Assembly (NCBI RefSeq): GCF_000014785.1
Contig: NC_008340.1
Span: 3,210,001 to 3,242,000, forward strand
Origin: Alkalilimnicola ehrlichii MLHE-1
Lineage (GTDB): Bacteria > Pseudomonadota > Gammaproteobacteria > Nitrococcales > Halorhodospiraceae
Length of the DNA stretch: 32,000 nucleotides
Reading direction: 5' to 3'
Both the position numbers and the translations under genes were made by a program. Below the pieces are notes generated by a model. That model was given only the letters and a program-made list of their open reading frames with translations, made no database searches and was not told where the DNA came from. Every line of letters starts with the position of its first letter. Position 1 is the stretch's first letter. Shown piece by piece: positions 1-9,577 of the stretch.

Positions 1-424
1 CGGGCAGCAGGGCCGGCAGCACCCCGCGCACCGCACCGCCCGCGCCAATGACCAGCACCCGCCGTCCCTGCAGCGCGGCACCGTGGTTCACGGTCAGATC
101 CCGCACCAGACCGGTGCCGTCGGTGTTGTCCCCCACCAGCCGGCCGGCCTCCGCCAGCAGGGTGTTCACTGCCCCGGCCCGCTCGGCACGGGGCGCGCGC
201 CGGTCGACCAGGACCCAAGCCTGCTCCTTGAAGGGGACGGTGATGTTCAGCCCCTTCCCGCCGCTGGCGAAGAAGGCGCGCACCGCCGGCTCGAAGCCCT
301 CCAGCGGCACCCGCATCCGCTCGTAGGCGATGGCCTGGCCGGTCTGCTCGGCGAACATCCGGTGGATCTCGGGCGACTTGCTGTGCTCGATGGGGTTGCC
401 CATCACGGCATAACGGTCCGTCAT
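1..424 (-). CDS. aroE: Shikimate dehydrogenase, N-terminal part; the C-terminus runs off the left window edge
   Basis: Absent from the ORF track because it is open at the edge. Reverse-strand translation from the ATG at 424-422 reads [29 protein letters not shown]...[16 protein letters not shown]...GAVNTL...[13 protein letters not shown]...[14 protein letters not shown]. It is collinear with E. coli AroE (GNPIxHSKSP, NVTVPFK, NTDG, GAGGA Rossmann loop). Confidence 0.85.
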   Translation of the reverse strand, partial: MTDRYAVMGNPIEHSKSPEIHRMFAEQTGQAIAYERMRVPLEGFEPAVRAFFASGGKGLNITVPFKEQAWVLVDRRAPRAERAGAVNTLLAEAGRLVGDNTDGTGLVRDLTVNHGAALQGRRVLVIGAGGAVRGVLPALLP

Positions 425-509
425 AACCACTCCCGGGCTGGCATAGTTGCGCCAGGGATTGTAACCGGACCGCGGCCGCGATGCGCCAGTGGCCAGGACA
501 GGCCCCGGG

Positions 510-1766
510 TCAGCCGCCAAAGGCCAGCATCAGCAGATAGAAGAAGAAGACCGCCAGGATGCCGCCCGCCGGCAGGGTCACCAGCCAGGACATGAACACA
601 CCACCCACCACGCGCAGGTTCAGCGCCGCAATACCGCGGGCGAGGCCGATACCGAGCACCGCGCCCACCAGGGTCTGGGTGGTGGAGATGGGCAGGCCGA
701 AACCGGAGGCGAAGACCACCGTGCCGGCGGTGGCCAGACCGCAGGCGAAGCCCCGGCTGGGGGTGAGCTGGGTGATATTGCTGCCCACCGTGGCGATCAC
801 GTGGTGGCCCAGCATAAACAGGCCGGCGACGATGCCACCACCGCCCAGCAGCAGGATCCACAGGGGCAGCTCGGCCTGGGCCGTTACGTCGCCATCACTG
901 GTCACCACACTGACCACCGCCGCCACCGGCCCGATGGCGTTGGCGACATCGTTGGAGCCGTGGGCGAAGGCCATGGCACAGGCCACCACCACCATCAGCA
1001 CACCGAAGACCCGCTCCACCGAGGCGAAGTGGAAATCCCGATCGGCGCTGGGGTCGACCCCGATGCGCGCCACCAAGCCCTTGCCCACCAGCCACAGTGC
1101 CACGGCGAAGAACAGTGAGTAGCCATAGCTCTGCGCCTCGCTGATCTCCAGCCCCAGATGACCCAGGCCCTTGAGCAGGGTGACCGAGGCGATGACAAAG
1201 CCCGTCAGGCCGATGTAGACCGGCACCCAGACGCGGGCCGCGCGGAGCGGATCGGGGGTGTCAAAGACCAGGTACTGGACACTGCGGAAGAGCAGGAAAC
1301 TGGCGATACCCGCCAGCACCGGCGACACCACCCAACTCGCCACCACGGTGCCCACCACCCCCCACTGCACGGCGCTCCAGCCGACAGCGGCGATGGCGAA
1401 ACCGACCAGCGCGCCGATGATCGAGTGGGTGGTGGAGACCGGCCAGCCCTTCTTCGAGGCCACCAGCAGCCAGGTACCGGCGGCCGCCAGGGCCGCCAGC
1501 ATGCCGAAGACCAGCACCTCCGGCGAGTCCTCCATCAGGCCGGCGTCGACAATGCCGCTGCGCACCGTGGCGGTGACTTCACCCCCGGCCAGGACGGCCC
1601 CCGCGAACTCGAAGATCGCCGCCACCACCACCGCCTGGCGGATAGTGAGCACCTTCGAGCCCACGGAGGGCGCCATGGCGTTGGCCACATCGTTCGCCCC
1701 GATGCCCCAGGCCATGAACAGCCCGAAGGCGGCGGCCAACACCAGGTATACGACACCGTATTCCAT
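510..1766 (-). CDS. pit: Inorganic phosphate transporter, PiT family
   Basis: 418-aa polytopic membrane protein. It carries the duplicated PiT signature GANDVANAM (N-terminal) and [11 protein letters not shown] (C-terminal half). It lies immediately downstream of its usual DUF47 partner. Confidence 0.9.
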   Translation of the reverse strand: MEYGVVYLVLAAAFGLFMAWGIGANDVANAMAPSVGSKVLTIRQAVVVAAIFEFAGAVLAGGEVTATVRSGIVDAGLMEDSPEVLVFGMLAALAAAGTWLLVASKKGWPVSTTHSIIGALVGFAIAAVGWSAVQWGVVGTVVASWVVSPVLAGIASFLLFRSVQYLVFDTPDPLRAARVWVPVYIGLTGFVIASVTLLKGLGHLGLEISEAQSYGYSLFFAVALWLVGKGLVARIGVDPSADRDFHFASVERVFGVLMVVVACAMAFAHGSNDVANAIGPVAAVVSVVTSDGDVTAQAELPLWILLLGGGGIVAGLFMLGHHVIATVGSNITQLTPSRGFACGLATAGTVVFASGFGLPISTTQTLVGAVLGIGLARGIAALNLRVVGGVFMSWLVTLPAGGILAVFFFYLLMLAFGG

Positions 1767-1783
1767 GCGTGGCTGGCGCTCCC

Positions 1784-2458
1784 TCAGCGGGCCATCAGGA
1801 TTTGCAGTCGGCTTCCGGTCTGCTGGGCCCGGTCCGCCAGGGTCCCCACCCGTTCGATCAGTTGGTAGAGGAACATGACATCGACGGGGGGGATGCGTGG
1901 CTCCAGCTTCTGCAGCAGGCTGCGCAGCTGGACCTGCATACGGTCGGTGTCATGCTCGATGGCGTCCAGCTTGTCGAGCATTTCCTGCACCACCTCCACC
2001 TCGGCGCCGCGGAAACCGGTCTCCACCAGCTCGTCCAGCTGGTCCACGGTGTTCTTGGCCTGGCGGGAGGCATCGATGGCGCGGTTGAGAAAATCCATGA
2101 AGGGATCGACCAGCGGCTCCGGGAGCTGCATTTTGCGACCCAGCACCAGGCCGGCGATGTCCTTGGCCTTGTTGGCGATGCGGTCCTGGGCACGCAGCAG
2201 TTCGAGGAAGTCGGCTCGGTCGAAAGGCATGAACATGCTGTGGGGCAGTTTGTTGCGCAGTTCCTTCTTAAGGGCGTCGGCCTCGCGTTCAAGGTCGGTG
2301 ACCCGCTGCTGGGCCGTGGCCACGGCGTTGTAGTCGCCCTCGGAGACCGCCTTGAAAAGGGGCACCAGCGCCTCGGCACAATCCAGCACCTTGGCCATAT
2401 GGTGCTGCAGGGGGCTGACAGGCGAGCGCCCAAAGATGGATGAGAAGTAGCTTTTCAT
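1784..2458 (-). CDS. DUF47 / TIGR00153-family PhoU-like protein (PiT-associated phosphate transport regulator)
   Basis: 224-aa all-helical protein starting MKSYFSSIFGRSPVSPLQHHMAKV, with the EREADALK motif typical of the DUF47 family. It sits 18 nt upstream of the PiT gene on the same strand, which is the conserved pairing. Confidence 0.8.
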   Translation of the reverse strand: MKSYFSSIFGRSPVSPLQHHMAKVLDCAEALVPLFKAVSEGDYNAVATAQQRVTDLEREADALKKELRNKLPHSMFMPFDRADFLELLRAQDRIANKAKDIAGLVLGRKMQLPEPLVDPFMDFLNRAIDASRQAKNTVDQLDELVETGFRGAEVEVVQEMLDKLDAIEHDTDRMQVQLRSLLQKLEPRIPPVDVMFLYQLIERVGTLADRAQQTGSRLQILMAR

Positions 2459-2543
2459 GGGCCCGGATTCCGGGTGTCTGCCGGGCCTTGAATACTACAG
2501 CAGGGGAAAGCGCTTGATAAAGTAGAGCTTGGGCTGATCGCCG

Positions 2544-3745
<1,202 letters not shown>

Positions 3746-3909
3746 GGGTCAACTCCTGTTCATCTTCAGTCGCTATTCTCCCACAAGCCCCCCCTGTGGC
3801 TGAAGTCATCCATTCGGATGGCGCGGCGGTAAACCGCGCTCTCAAGTACTTTTTTCGCCGACCGAATCCCGCTACGTTGTGGCGGAATGGTTAACCAGGA
3901 GCCCCGCTG

Positions 3910-4896
3910 ATGACACCTCCCACCCGCGTACTCAACTGGATGGCCCTATTCATTGTGGCGGTGGGCGCCGTCTGTGCGCTGCTCTGGGTCCCGTTGCTGG
4001 ATGCCTTGCTCGCCAACCCGGTGTTCAACGGCATGATCCTGATGGCCCTCTTGGTGGGGTTGGCCATCAACGTGCGCCAAGTGGTCATCCTGGCCCCCGA
4101 GGCCCGCTGGGTGGACGGCATGCGTCAGGGCTATTCGGACCAGGGTCCGGGCCCGCGCGCCAGCCCGTTGCAGGCCCTGCGCCACACCATGAGCCGGCGC
4201 GGGGAGCGGCCACGGCTCTCCACGCTGGCTGCGCGCACCCTGCTGGACGGCGTGCGTGGCCGCCTGGACGACAGCCGCGACCTCTCCCGCTACTTCATCG
4301 GGCTGCTGATCTTTCTCGGTCTGCTGGGCACCTTCTGGGGCCTGCTCGACACCCTGGGGGCCATCGGCTCGGTACTCGCCGGGCTGTCGCCGGAGGGCCA
4401 GGAGGCGGCGTCCCTGTTTGCCGCGCTGCGCGATGGTCTGCAGGAGCCGCTTGCCGGCATGGGCACCGCCTTCAGCTCCTCGCTGTTCGGGCTCGGCGGC
4501 GCCCTGGTGCTCGGCTTTGTCGACCTGCAGACCGGCCACGCCCAGAACCGCTTCTACAACGAGTTGGAGGAGTGGCTCTCCGGCTACGTCAGCACCGGTG
4601 GCACGGTGGCCGACGGCGAGCAGGCAGTCCCGGCCTACATCGAGGCCCTGCTGGAGCAGACCGCCGACAGCCTGGACAAGCTGCAGCGGACCATGCAACG
4701 CGCTGAGGACCAGCGCCACGGCCACGTCGATGAGACGCTCATGCACCACCTGCGCAACATGGACACCTGCCTGATGCGGCTGCTGGAGGACATGCCCACC
4801 CACCGCACCCAACTGACCGATGAGCTGCGCAGCGAGATCCGGCTGCTGGCTCGCACCCTGGCCGGCAGCCGCGGGGCCGGAGGCCGCGATGCTTGA
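3910..4896 (+). CDS. MotA/TolQ/ExbB-family proton-channel protein with a roughly 110-aa C-terminal helical tail
   Basis: 328 aa. An AGGAG Shine-Dalgarno sits 8 nt upstream of the ATG. There are four hydrophobic helices (about residues 10-30, 38-60, 127-150, 183-205). The last two read LLGTFWGLLDTLGAIG and GMGTAFSSSLFGLGGALVLGF, like the MotA_ExbB channel core. Residues about 216-328 are charged and helical. Confidence 0.75.
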   Translation: MTPPTRVLNWMALFIVAVGAVCALLWVPLLDALLANPVFNGMILMALLVGLAINVRQVVILAPEARWVDGMRQGYSDQGPGPRASPLQALRHTMSRRGERPRLSTLAARTLLDGVRGRLDDSRDLSRYFIGLLIFLGLLGTFWGLLDTLGAIGSVLAGLSPEGQEAASLFAALRDGLQEPLAGMGTAFSSSLFGLGGALVLGFVDLQTGHAQNRFYNELEEWLSGYVSTGGTVADGEQAVPAYIEALLEQTADSLDKLQRTMQRAEDQRHGHVDETLMHHLRNMDTCLMRLLEDMPTHRTQLTDELRSEIRLLARTLAGSRGAGGRDA

Positions 4897-5977
4897 GGAC
4901 ACCCGCCGCCGACGCCGGGGGCTGAACATCTGGCCGGGCTACGTGGACGCCCTGGCCACCCTGCTGCTGCTGTTCGTCTTCGTGCTGTCGCTGTTCATGG
5001 TGGCCCAGTACGTCCTCAGCGACGCCCTGTCCGGGCGCGAGGCGGCGTTGGCACGGCTGCAGGCCGATATCGACGCCCTCACCGAGATCATCGCCCTGGA
5101 ACGGGAGGAGCGTGCCGGGGTGGAGGAGGAGCTGGCCGAGCTGGAGGCCCGGCTGGTCGCCACCCTCGCCGAGCGCGATCAGGCACGCGCCCGGGTCAGC
5201 ACCCTGGAGGCACAGCAGGCCGCCCTCGAGGACAGTCTGGCCGATCAGGAGGAGGCCCTGGACGAGGCGGCGGCGCGCCGCGCGGAGCTTCGGGACCGGC
5301 TGGCCGGCCGCGAGGCGGACCTGGCCCGCGAGCGCGCCCTCACCGACGAACAGGCCGCCCGCATCGACCGGCTGCACCGGCAGATCATCGCCCTGAGAGA
5401 GCAGCTCACCGCCCTGTCCGAGGCACTCGACCTCAGCGAGGCCACCGCCGCGGCCCAGCGCGCCGAGATCCGCGATCTCGGCCAGCGCCTCAATCTGGCG
5501 CTGGCGGAGCGGGTGCAGGAACTGGCCCGCTATCGCTCGGAGTTCTTTGGTCGGCTGCGCGAGGTACTGGGTGATCACCCGGACATCCGGATTGAGGGCG
5601 ACCGCTTTCTGTTCCAGTCCGAGCTGCTGTTCGCTACCGCCTCGGCGGATCTCGGTGGCGAGGGCCGGGAGCAGCTCGAGGGGCTGGCCACCACCCTGCA
5701 CGAATTGCGCGGGCGCATCCCGGACGACCTGGACTGGGTCCTGCAAGTGGAGGGCCACACCGATCGCCGCCCCATCCGCACCGCCGAGTTCCCGTCCAAC
5801 TGGGAGCTCTCCACCGCCCGCGCCCAGACCATCGTGCGCTACCTGATGGACCAGGGCATCCCGCCGGAACGGCTGGCCGCCGCCGGCTTCGCCGAATACC
5901 ATCCGGTGGACGACCGCGACACCCCGGAGGCCTGGGCCCGCAACCGGCGCATCGAACTGCGATTGACCAACCGCTAG
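4889..5977 (+). CDS. MotB-like / OmpA-family peptidoglycan-binding protein with a long coiled-coil linker
   Basis: I prefer the ATG at 4889 (MLEDTRRRRRGLNIWPGYVDALATLLLLFVF) over the track start at 4820. It overlaps the upstream stop by 8 nt (ATGCTTGA), and the 23 extra residues are Ala/Pro/Trp junk. The protein has a basic N-terminus, one TM helix with Asp20, and about 175 residues of A/E/R/L-rich heptad-like sequence. The C-terminal OmpA-like domain reads NWELSTARAQTIVRYL...RNRRIELRL. Confidence 0.8.
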   Translation: MLEDTRRRRRGLNIWPGYVDALATLLLLFVFVLSLFMVAQYVLSDALSGREAALARLQADIDALTEIIALEREERAGVEEELAELEARLVATLAERDQARARVSTLEAQQAALEDSLADQEEALDEAAARRAELRDRLAGREADLARERALTDEQAARIDRLHRQIIALREQLTALSEALDLSEATAAAQRAEIRDLGQRLNLALAERVQELARYRSEFFGRLREVLGDHPDIRIEGDRFLFQSELLFATASADLGGEGREQLEGLATTLHELRGRIPDDLDWVLQVEGHTDRRPIRTAEFPSNWELSTARAQTIVRYLMDQGIPPERLAAAGFAEYHPVDDRDTPEAWARNRRIELRLTNR

Positions 5978-6025
5978 CGGCCGGACGATGGGTGCCGGGG
6001 CGGCCCACGGGACTTGGAGGAAGGC

Positions 6026-6541
6026 ATGGCATCATCCCCACCCACGGTATTCTTCGCCCACGGCAAGGAATCCGGCCCCTGGGGCCGCAAGATCACCGCC
6101 CTGGCGGAGGTGGCCCGCGCCGCCGGCTTCCAGGTGGAAAGCCCCGACTACAGCCACACCCATGACCCCGATGAGCGGGTGCGCCAGCTACTGGCACTGG
6201 CACCGCAGGCGCGGTCCCGGCCGCTGGTGCTGGTCGGCTCCAGCATGGGCGGTTATGTCTCGGCCGTGGCCGCCGCCACCATCCCCGTGGACGGGCTGTT
6301 CCTGCTGGCCCCCGCCCTCTACCTGCCGGGCTACCCGGCGCAGCCCCACTGCCAGGCCCGGCAGATGACCGTGGTCCACGGCTGGAATGACGACATCGTG
6401 CCGGTGGACAACGGCATTCGGCTGGCACGGGAACACCGGGCCCGGCTGCATGTGCTGAATGCCGGGCACGATCTCAACGAGACCATCCCCTGGCTCTGCG
6501 CCTGTTTCGACCGCTTTCTCGGTGAGGTCCAGGCCCGATAA
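6026..6541 (+). CDS. Small alpha/beta-fold hydrolase (esterase-like)
   Basis: The ATG at 6026 is preceded by GGAGGAAGG; the track start at 6014 is TTG. 171 aa with the nucleophile elbow GSSMGG, then WNDDIVP (Asp) and NAGHDL (His), a spacing consistent with a Ser-Asp-His triad. Confidence 0.65.
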   Translation: MASSPPTVFFAHGKESGPWGRKITALAEVARAAGFQVESPDYSHTHDPDERVRQLLALAPQARSRPLVLVGSSMGGYVSAVAAATIPVDGLFLLAPALYLPGYPAQPHCQARQMTVVHGWNDDIVPVDNGIRLAREHRARLHVLNAGHDLNETIPWLCACFDRFLGEVQAR

Positions 6542-6547
6542 CGCAAA

Positions 6548-6570
6548 CGGCCCGCCATGATGACGGGCCG
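6548..6570. terminator. GC hairpin between the convergent hydrolase and prk genes (possible bidirectional terminator, no U-tract)
   Basis: CGGCCCG (6548-6554) pairs with CGGGCCG (6564-6570): a 7-bp stem with a 9-nt loop. It lies in the 55-bp gap between two convergent stop codons. Confidence 0.3.
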
Positions 6571-6596
6571 CCTGCCATGACCTGCCAGCGCCACAA

Positions 6597-7475
6597 TCAG
6601 GTCAGGCGGGTGCGTCGCTCCACCAGATCGTGGATGATGGGGGTGAGGATCAGCTCCATGGCGAACCCCATCTTGCCCCCCGGCACCACGATGGTGTTGC
6701 GCCGAGACATGAAGGAGTCCTTGATCATGTTCAGCAGGTAGGGGAAGTCGATCCCGAACTTCTCCGGCTTGCGGAAGCGGATCACCACGAAACTCTCATC
6801 GTGCGTGGGGATATCCCGCGCGATGAAGGGGTTGGAGGTGTCCACCGTGGGCACGCGCTGGAAGTTGATGTCGGTGCGCGAGAACTGCGGCGTCAGGCAG
6901 GTGACATAGTCCTCCATCCGGCGCAGGATGGTGTCCACGGTCTTCTCCGCCGCGTAGCCCCGCTCCGCCTGGTCGCGGTGGATCTTCTGGATCCACTCGA
7001 GGTTGACGATAGGCACCACCCCGATCAGCAAGTCCACCCACCGGGCCACATCCACCTCCTCGGTGACGACCCCGCCGTGCAGCCCCTCGTAGAAGAGCAG
7101 ATCGGTACCCGATTCCACCCGCTCCCAGGCGGTGAACTCGCCCGGGGCCACCCCGCGGTGCTCGGCCTCCTCGTCATTGTGCACATAGTAGCGCCGCTCA
7201 CAGCTGCCGGTCTCCGAGTACTCGCGGAAGGTGGACTCGAGCTTGTCGAACAGGTTCGCTTCCGGGCCAAAATGGCTGAGATTGCGCCCATCTTCGTTGG
7301 CCTGCTTGATCGCCTGCTTCATCTCCTGCCGGTTATACCGGTGAAAACTGTCACCCTCGACGATGCAGGGTGCCACATGCTCACGATGGAAGATGTGCTC
7401 GAACGCATCCTTGACAGTACTGGTCCCCGCTCCCGAGGACCCGGTCACGGCGATGATGGGATATTTTCTGGACAT
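6597..7475 (-). CDS. cbbP: Phosphoribulokinase
   Basis: 292 aa. The N-terminus MSRKYPIIAVTGSSGAGTSTVKDAFEHIFHRE is the bacterial PRK P-loop region. A GGAGGAG Shine-Dalgarno precedes the ATG. Confidence 0.93.
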   Translation of the reverse strand: MSRKYPIIAVTGSSGAGTSTVKDAFEHIFHREHVAPCIVEGDSFHRYNRQEMKQAIKQANEDGRNLSHFGPEANLFDKLESTFREYSETGSCERRYYVHNDEEAEHRGVAPGEFTAWERVESGTDLLFYEGLHGGVVTEEVDVARWVDLLIGVVPIVNLEWIQKIHRDQAERGYAAEKTVDTILRRMEDYVTCLTPQFSRTDINFQRVPTVDTSNPFIARDIPTHDESFVVIRFRKPEKFGIDFPYLLNMIKDSFMSRRNTIVVPGGKMGFAMELILTPIIHDLVERRTRLT

Positions 7476-7536
7476 GCTTGACTCCTCCTGACGCCGGGGC
7501 GCGCCGCCTCTACGGAACGGTCACACCCGGTCTGGT

Positions 7537-8229
7537 TTATGAGGCGGTGGGCCCGGGCCGCTCGGCCTGGGCCAGTTCCGCCCGCATGCTTTCGATGGTT
7601 TTCCGGTAATCGTCCGTCCCGAAGATCGCTGAGCCGGCCACGAAGGTATCGGCCCCCGCCTCGGCCACCGCGCGGATGTTGTCCACCTTCACCCCGCCAT
7701 CCACCTCCAGGCGGATGTCCCGGCCCGAGGCATCAATCAGTGCCCGCGCCTCGCGCAGTTTGTCCAGGGTGCCCGGGATAAACTTCTGCCCGCCAAAGCC
7801 CGGGTTCACCGACATCAGCAGCACCATATCCACCTTCTCCATCACGTATTTCAGGACATCGAGCGGCGTGGCCGGGTTGAACACCAGTCCGGCCTTGCAG
7901 CCGCAATCGCGCACCAGTTGCAGACTACGGTCGACATGCTCGCTGGCCTCCGGGTGGAACGTGATGTAATTAGCACCCGCCTCGGCAAAATCGGGGATGA
8001 TCCGGTCCACCGGCTTGATCATCAGGTGGACGTCGATGGGCGCGGTCACCCCGTGCTTGCGCAGCGCTTCGCAGACCAGCGGCCCGATGGTGAGGTTGGG
8101 GACATAATGATTGTCCATGACATCGAAATGCACCATGTCGGCCCCGGCGGACAGGACGTTATCCACCTCCTCCCCCAGGCGGGCAAAATCGGCGGACAGA
8201 ATGGACGGTGCGATCTTATAATCAGTCAT
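7537..8229 (-). CDS. rpe: Ribulose-phosphate 3-epimerase
   Basis: The track ORF extends to 8409. Conserved Rpe sequence begins at [22 protein letters not shown] (ATG at 8229-8227, preceded by GAGGAGAG). It also contains [14 protein letters not shown] and [13 protein letters not shown]. 230 aa. Confidence 0.92.
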   Translation of the reverse strand: MTDYKIAPSILSADFARLGEEVDNVLSAGADMVHFDVMDNHYVPNLTIGPLVCEALRKHGVTAPIDVHLMIKPVDRIIPDFAEAGANYITFHPEASEHVDRSLQLVRDCGCKAGLVFNPATPLDVLKYVMEKVDMVLLMSVNPGFGGQKFIPGTLDKLREARALIDASGRDIRLEVDGGVKVDNIRAVAEAGADTFVAGSAIFGTDDYRKTIESMRAELAQAERPGPTAS

Positions 8230-8504
8230 GGCTCTCTCCTCATGCTTCCGGGTCGCGAATACCGGCGCGGCCCCGGAATCGGTTGGCCCGATTATGCGGA
8301 CAGCGGCGCGCCGGGATTCAATTAAGGATTGGTTATCATAACGATAAAGGGCCCTCCCGGGAGACCCCGGAGACCTTCCCGGGGACGGGTAAAAAAACCT
8401 TTCTATCAATAGCTTGGCCGGCCGCGGCAGACCTGCCGGCTGGAGGCATTATCGCAGCCCCCAGCGGAAGCCGGGTGCGGCAATTGGTCCCGGGGTGGCG
8501 CCGC

Positions 8505-9434
8505 TCAGGCGCTGCTATCGGTGGGCTGCTGGGGCAACTGCCAGTGGTCCTCGGCCTCTTCCAGGACGAAACGGCGGAACTCCGCGGCCACCGGCGAGAG
8601 GCGCTTGCCCGCCCGATGCACCACGTACCACTGGCGCTGGATCGGGAATCCGACCACGTCCAGGATCGCCAGGCAGCCGAGACTCAACTCCATGGCCAGG
8701 GTGTGTTGCGAGACCAGACCCAGGCCCAGCCCGGCCTGCACCGCCTGCTTCAGGGCCTCGTTGCTGCTCATCTCCATCTCGGACTGCAGCTGCACCCCCT
8801 GGCGGGCGAAGAACCGCTCCATGGCCACCCGCGTACCAGAGCCGCGCTCACGCACCACGAAAAGTTCGTTTTGCAAGCGCTCGGGCGGGATGTCGTGCTC
8901 CCGGGTCAAGGGATGGTCGGGATTGGCGATGACCACCAGGGGGTTGGCCATGAAGGCATCCGCCACCAGCTCCTGCCCCTCCGGCGGCTGCCCCATGATC
9001 ACCACGTCACGCTCATTCTCCATGAGCAGGCGCAACAGCCCCTCGCGGTTGGTGACATCCAGGCTGAAACTGACCCCGGGATTGCGACGGGAGAAGGCCG
9101 CCAACAGATGGGTGGCGAAGTAGTTCGCCGTGGTAGCCACGGCCACGCCCAGGCGCCCCCGGTTCAGCCCCTGCAGCTCCTCCATCACCAGTTGCGCCTC
9201 GCGCAGCTCGCGCATGATCCGCCGGGCGAAGCCCACCAACTCACGGCCGGCCTCGGTGAGATAGATGCGCTTGCCCAACTGTTCGAACAGCGGCAGCCCG
9301 ACTTGGCTTTCCAACTGTTTGATTTGCATGGAGACGGCCGGCTGGGTGAGGAACAGCTCCTCACTGGCCCGGGTGAAACTCAGGTGCCGGGCCACCGATT
9401 CGAAGACGCGCAGCTGTCGAAGTGTGACGTTCAT
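8505..9434 (-). CDS. cbbR: LysR-type transcriptional regulator of the cbb operon
   Basis: 309 aa. The N-terminal wHTH reads [42 protein letters not shown]. It is divergently transcribed 143 bp from cbbL, the canonical CbbR arrangement. Confidence 0.9.
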   Translation of the reverse strand: MNVTLRQLRVFESVARHLSFTRASEELFLTQPAVSMQIKQLESQVGLPLFEQLGKRIYLTEAGRELVGFARRIMRELREAQLVMEELQGLNRGRLGVAVATTANYFATHLLAAFSRRNPGVSFSLDVTNREGLLRLLMENERDVVIMGQPPEGQELVADAFMANPLVVIANPDHPLTREHDIPPERLQNELFVVRERGSGTRVAMERFFARQGVQLQSEMEMSSNEALKQAVQAGLGLGLVSQHTLAMELSLGCLAILDVVGFPIQRQWYVVHRAGKRLSPVAAEFRRFVLEEAEDHWQLPQQPTDSSA

Positions 9435-9577
9435 GGGGTCAATTTATAAGACTTTCCTTATGCCCTCAATCAGAAGGATTGAGTTTTCTTTTGGTTTGCC
9501 CGGGTTATCCTGCCATGGACGCGGGAAAACGGGATCGCCCGGACCGCAACCGCAAGAACCCTGGAGGAGAACCGGCA
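9435..9577. promoter_or_regulatory. Divergent cbbR/cbbL control region with two inverted repeats (candidate CbbR sites)
   Basis: AT-rich relative to its surroundings. It contains ATAAG-N6-CTTAT at 9446-9461 and TCAATC-N5-GATTGA at 9466-9482. The cbbL Shine-Dalgarno GGAGGAGA is at 9563-9570. Promoter hexamers could not be assigned confidently. Confidence 0.55.

Noticed and set aside
4739-5902. 387-aa minus-strand ORF (and the 3946-4929 minus-strand ORF) opposite the MotA/MotB-like genes
   Set aside because: The plus-strand frames give TM helices, a coiled coil and an OmpA domain in sensible order, with a Shine-Dalgarno and start-stop coupling. The minus-strand frames give low-complexity G/A/L/Q sequence.
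3910-5977. Assignment of the MotA/MotB-like pair to the flagellar stator, Tol-Pal, Ton or Zorya anti-phage systems
   Set aside because: There are no flagellar, tolA/tolB/pal, tonB or zorC/zorD-like genes within the window. ZorA is much longer than the 328-aa A subunit, and canonical MotB, TolR and ExbD lack a roughly 175-residue coiled coil. It was kept as an unassigned stator-like pair instead.
8340-8400. Hairpin CCCGGGAGACCCCGGAGACCTTCCCGGGG next to an A7/T7 run in the cbbR-rpe spacer as a terminator for cbbR
   Set aside because: On the minus strand the T-run precedes rather than follows the stem. On the plus strand the stem is followed by A residues. Neither orientation fits an intrinsic terminator.
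7537-8409. Long N-terminal extensions in the track ORFs for rpe (to 8409), cbbL (from 9479), cbbS (from 11040), cbbO (from 12817), tkt (from 16849), the MotB-like gene (from 4820) and the hydrolase (from 6014)
   Set aside because: The extensions are non-conserved, often start at TTG or GTG, and lack a Shine-Dalgarno. Internal ATGs preceded by GGAGG-type sites coincide with the conserved protein N-termini.
8208-9449. 413-aa plus-strand ORF across the rpe-cbbR spacer and cbbR
   Set aside because: It is antisense to the clear LysR-type regulator and has no Shine-Dalgarno or motif support.
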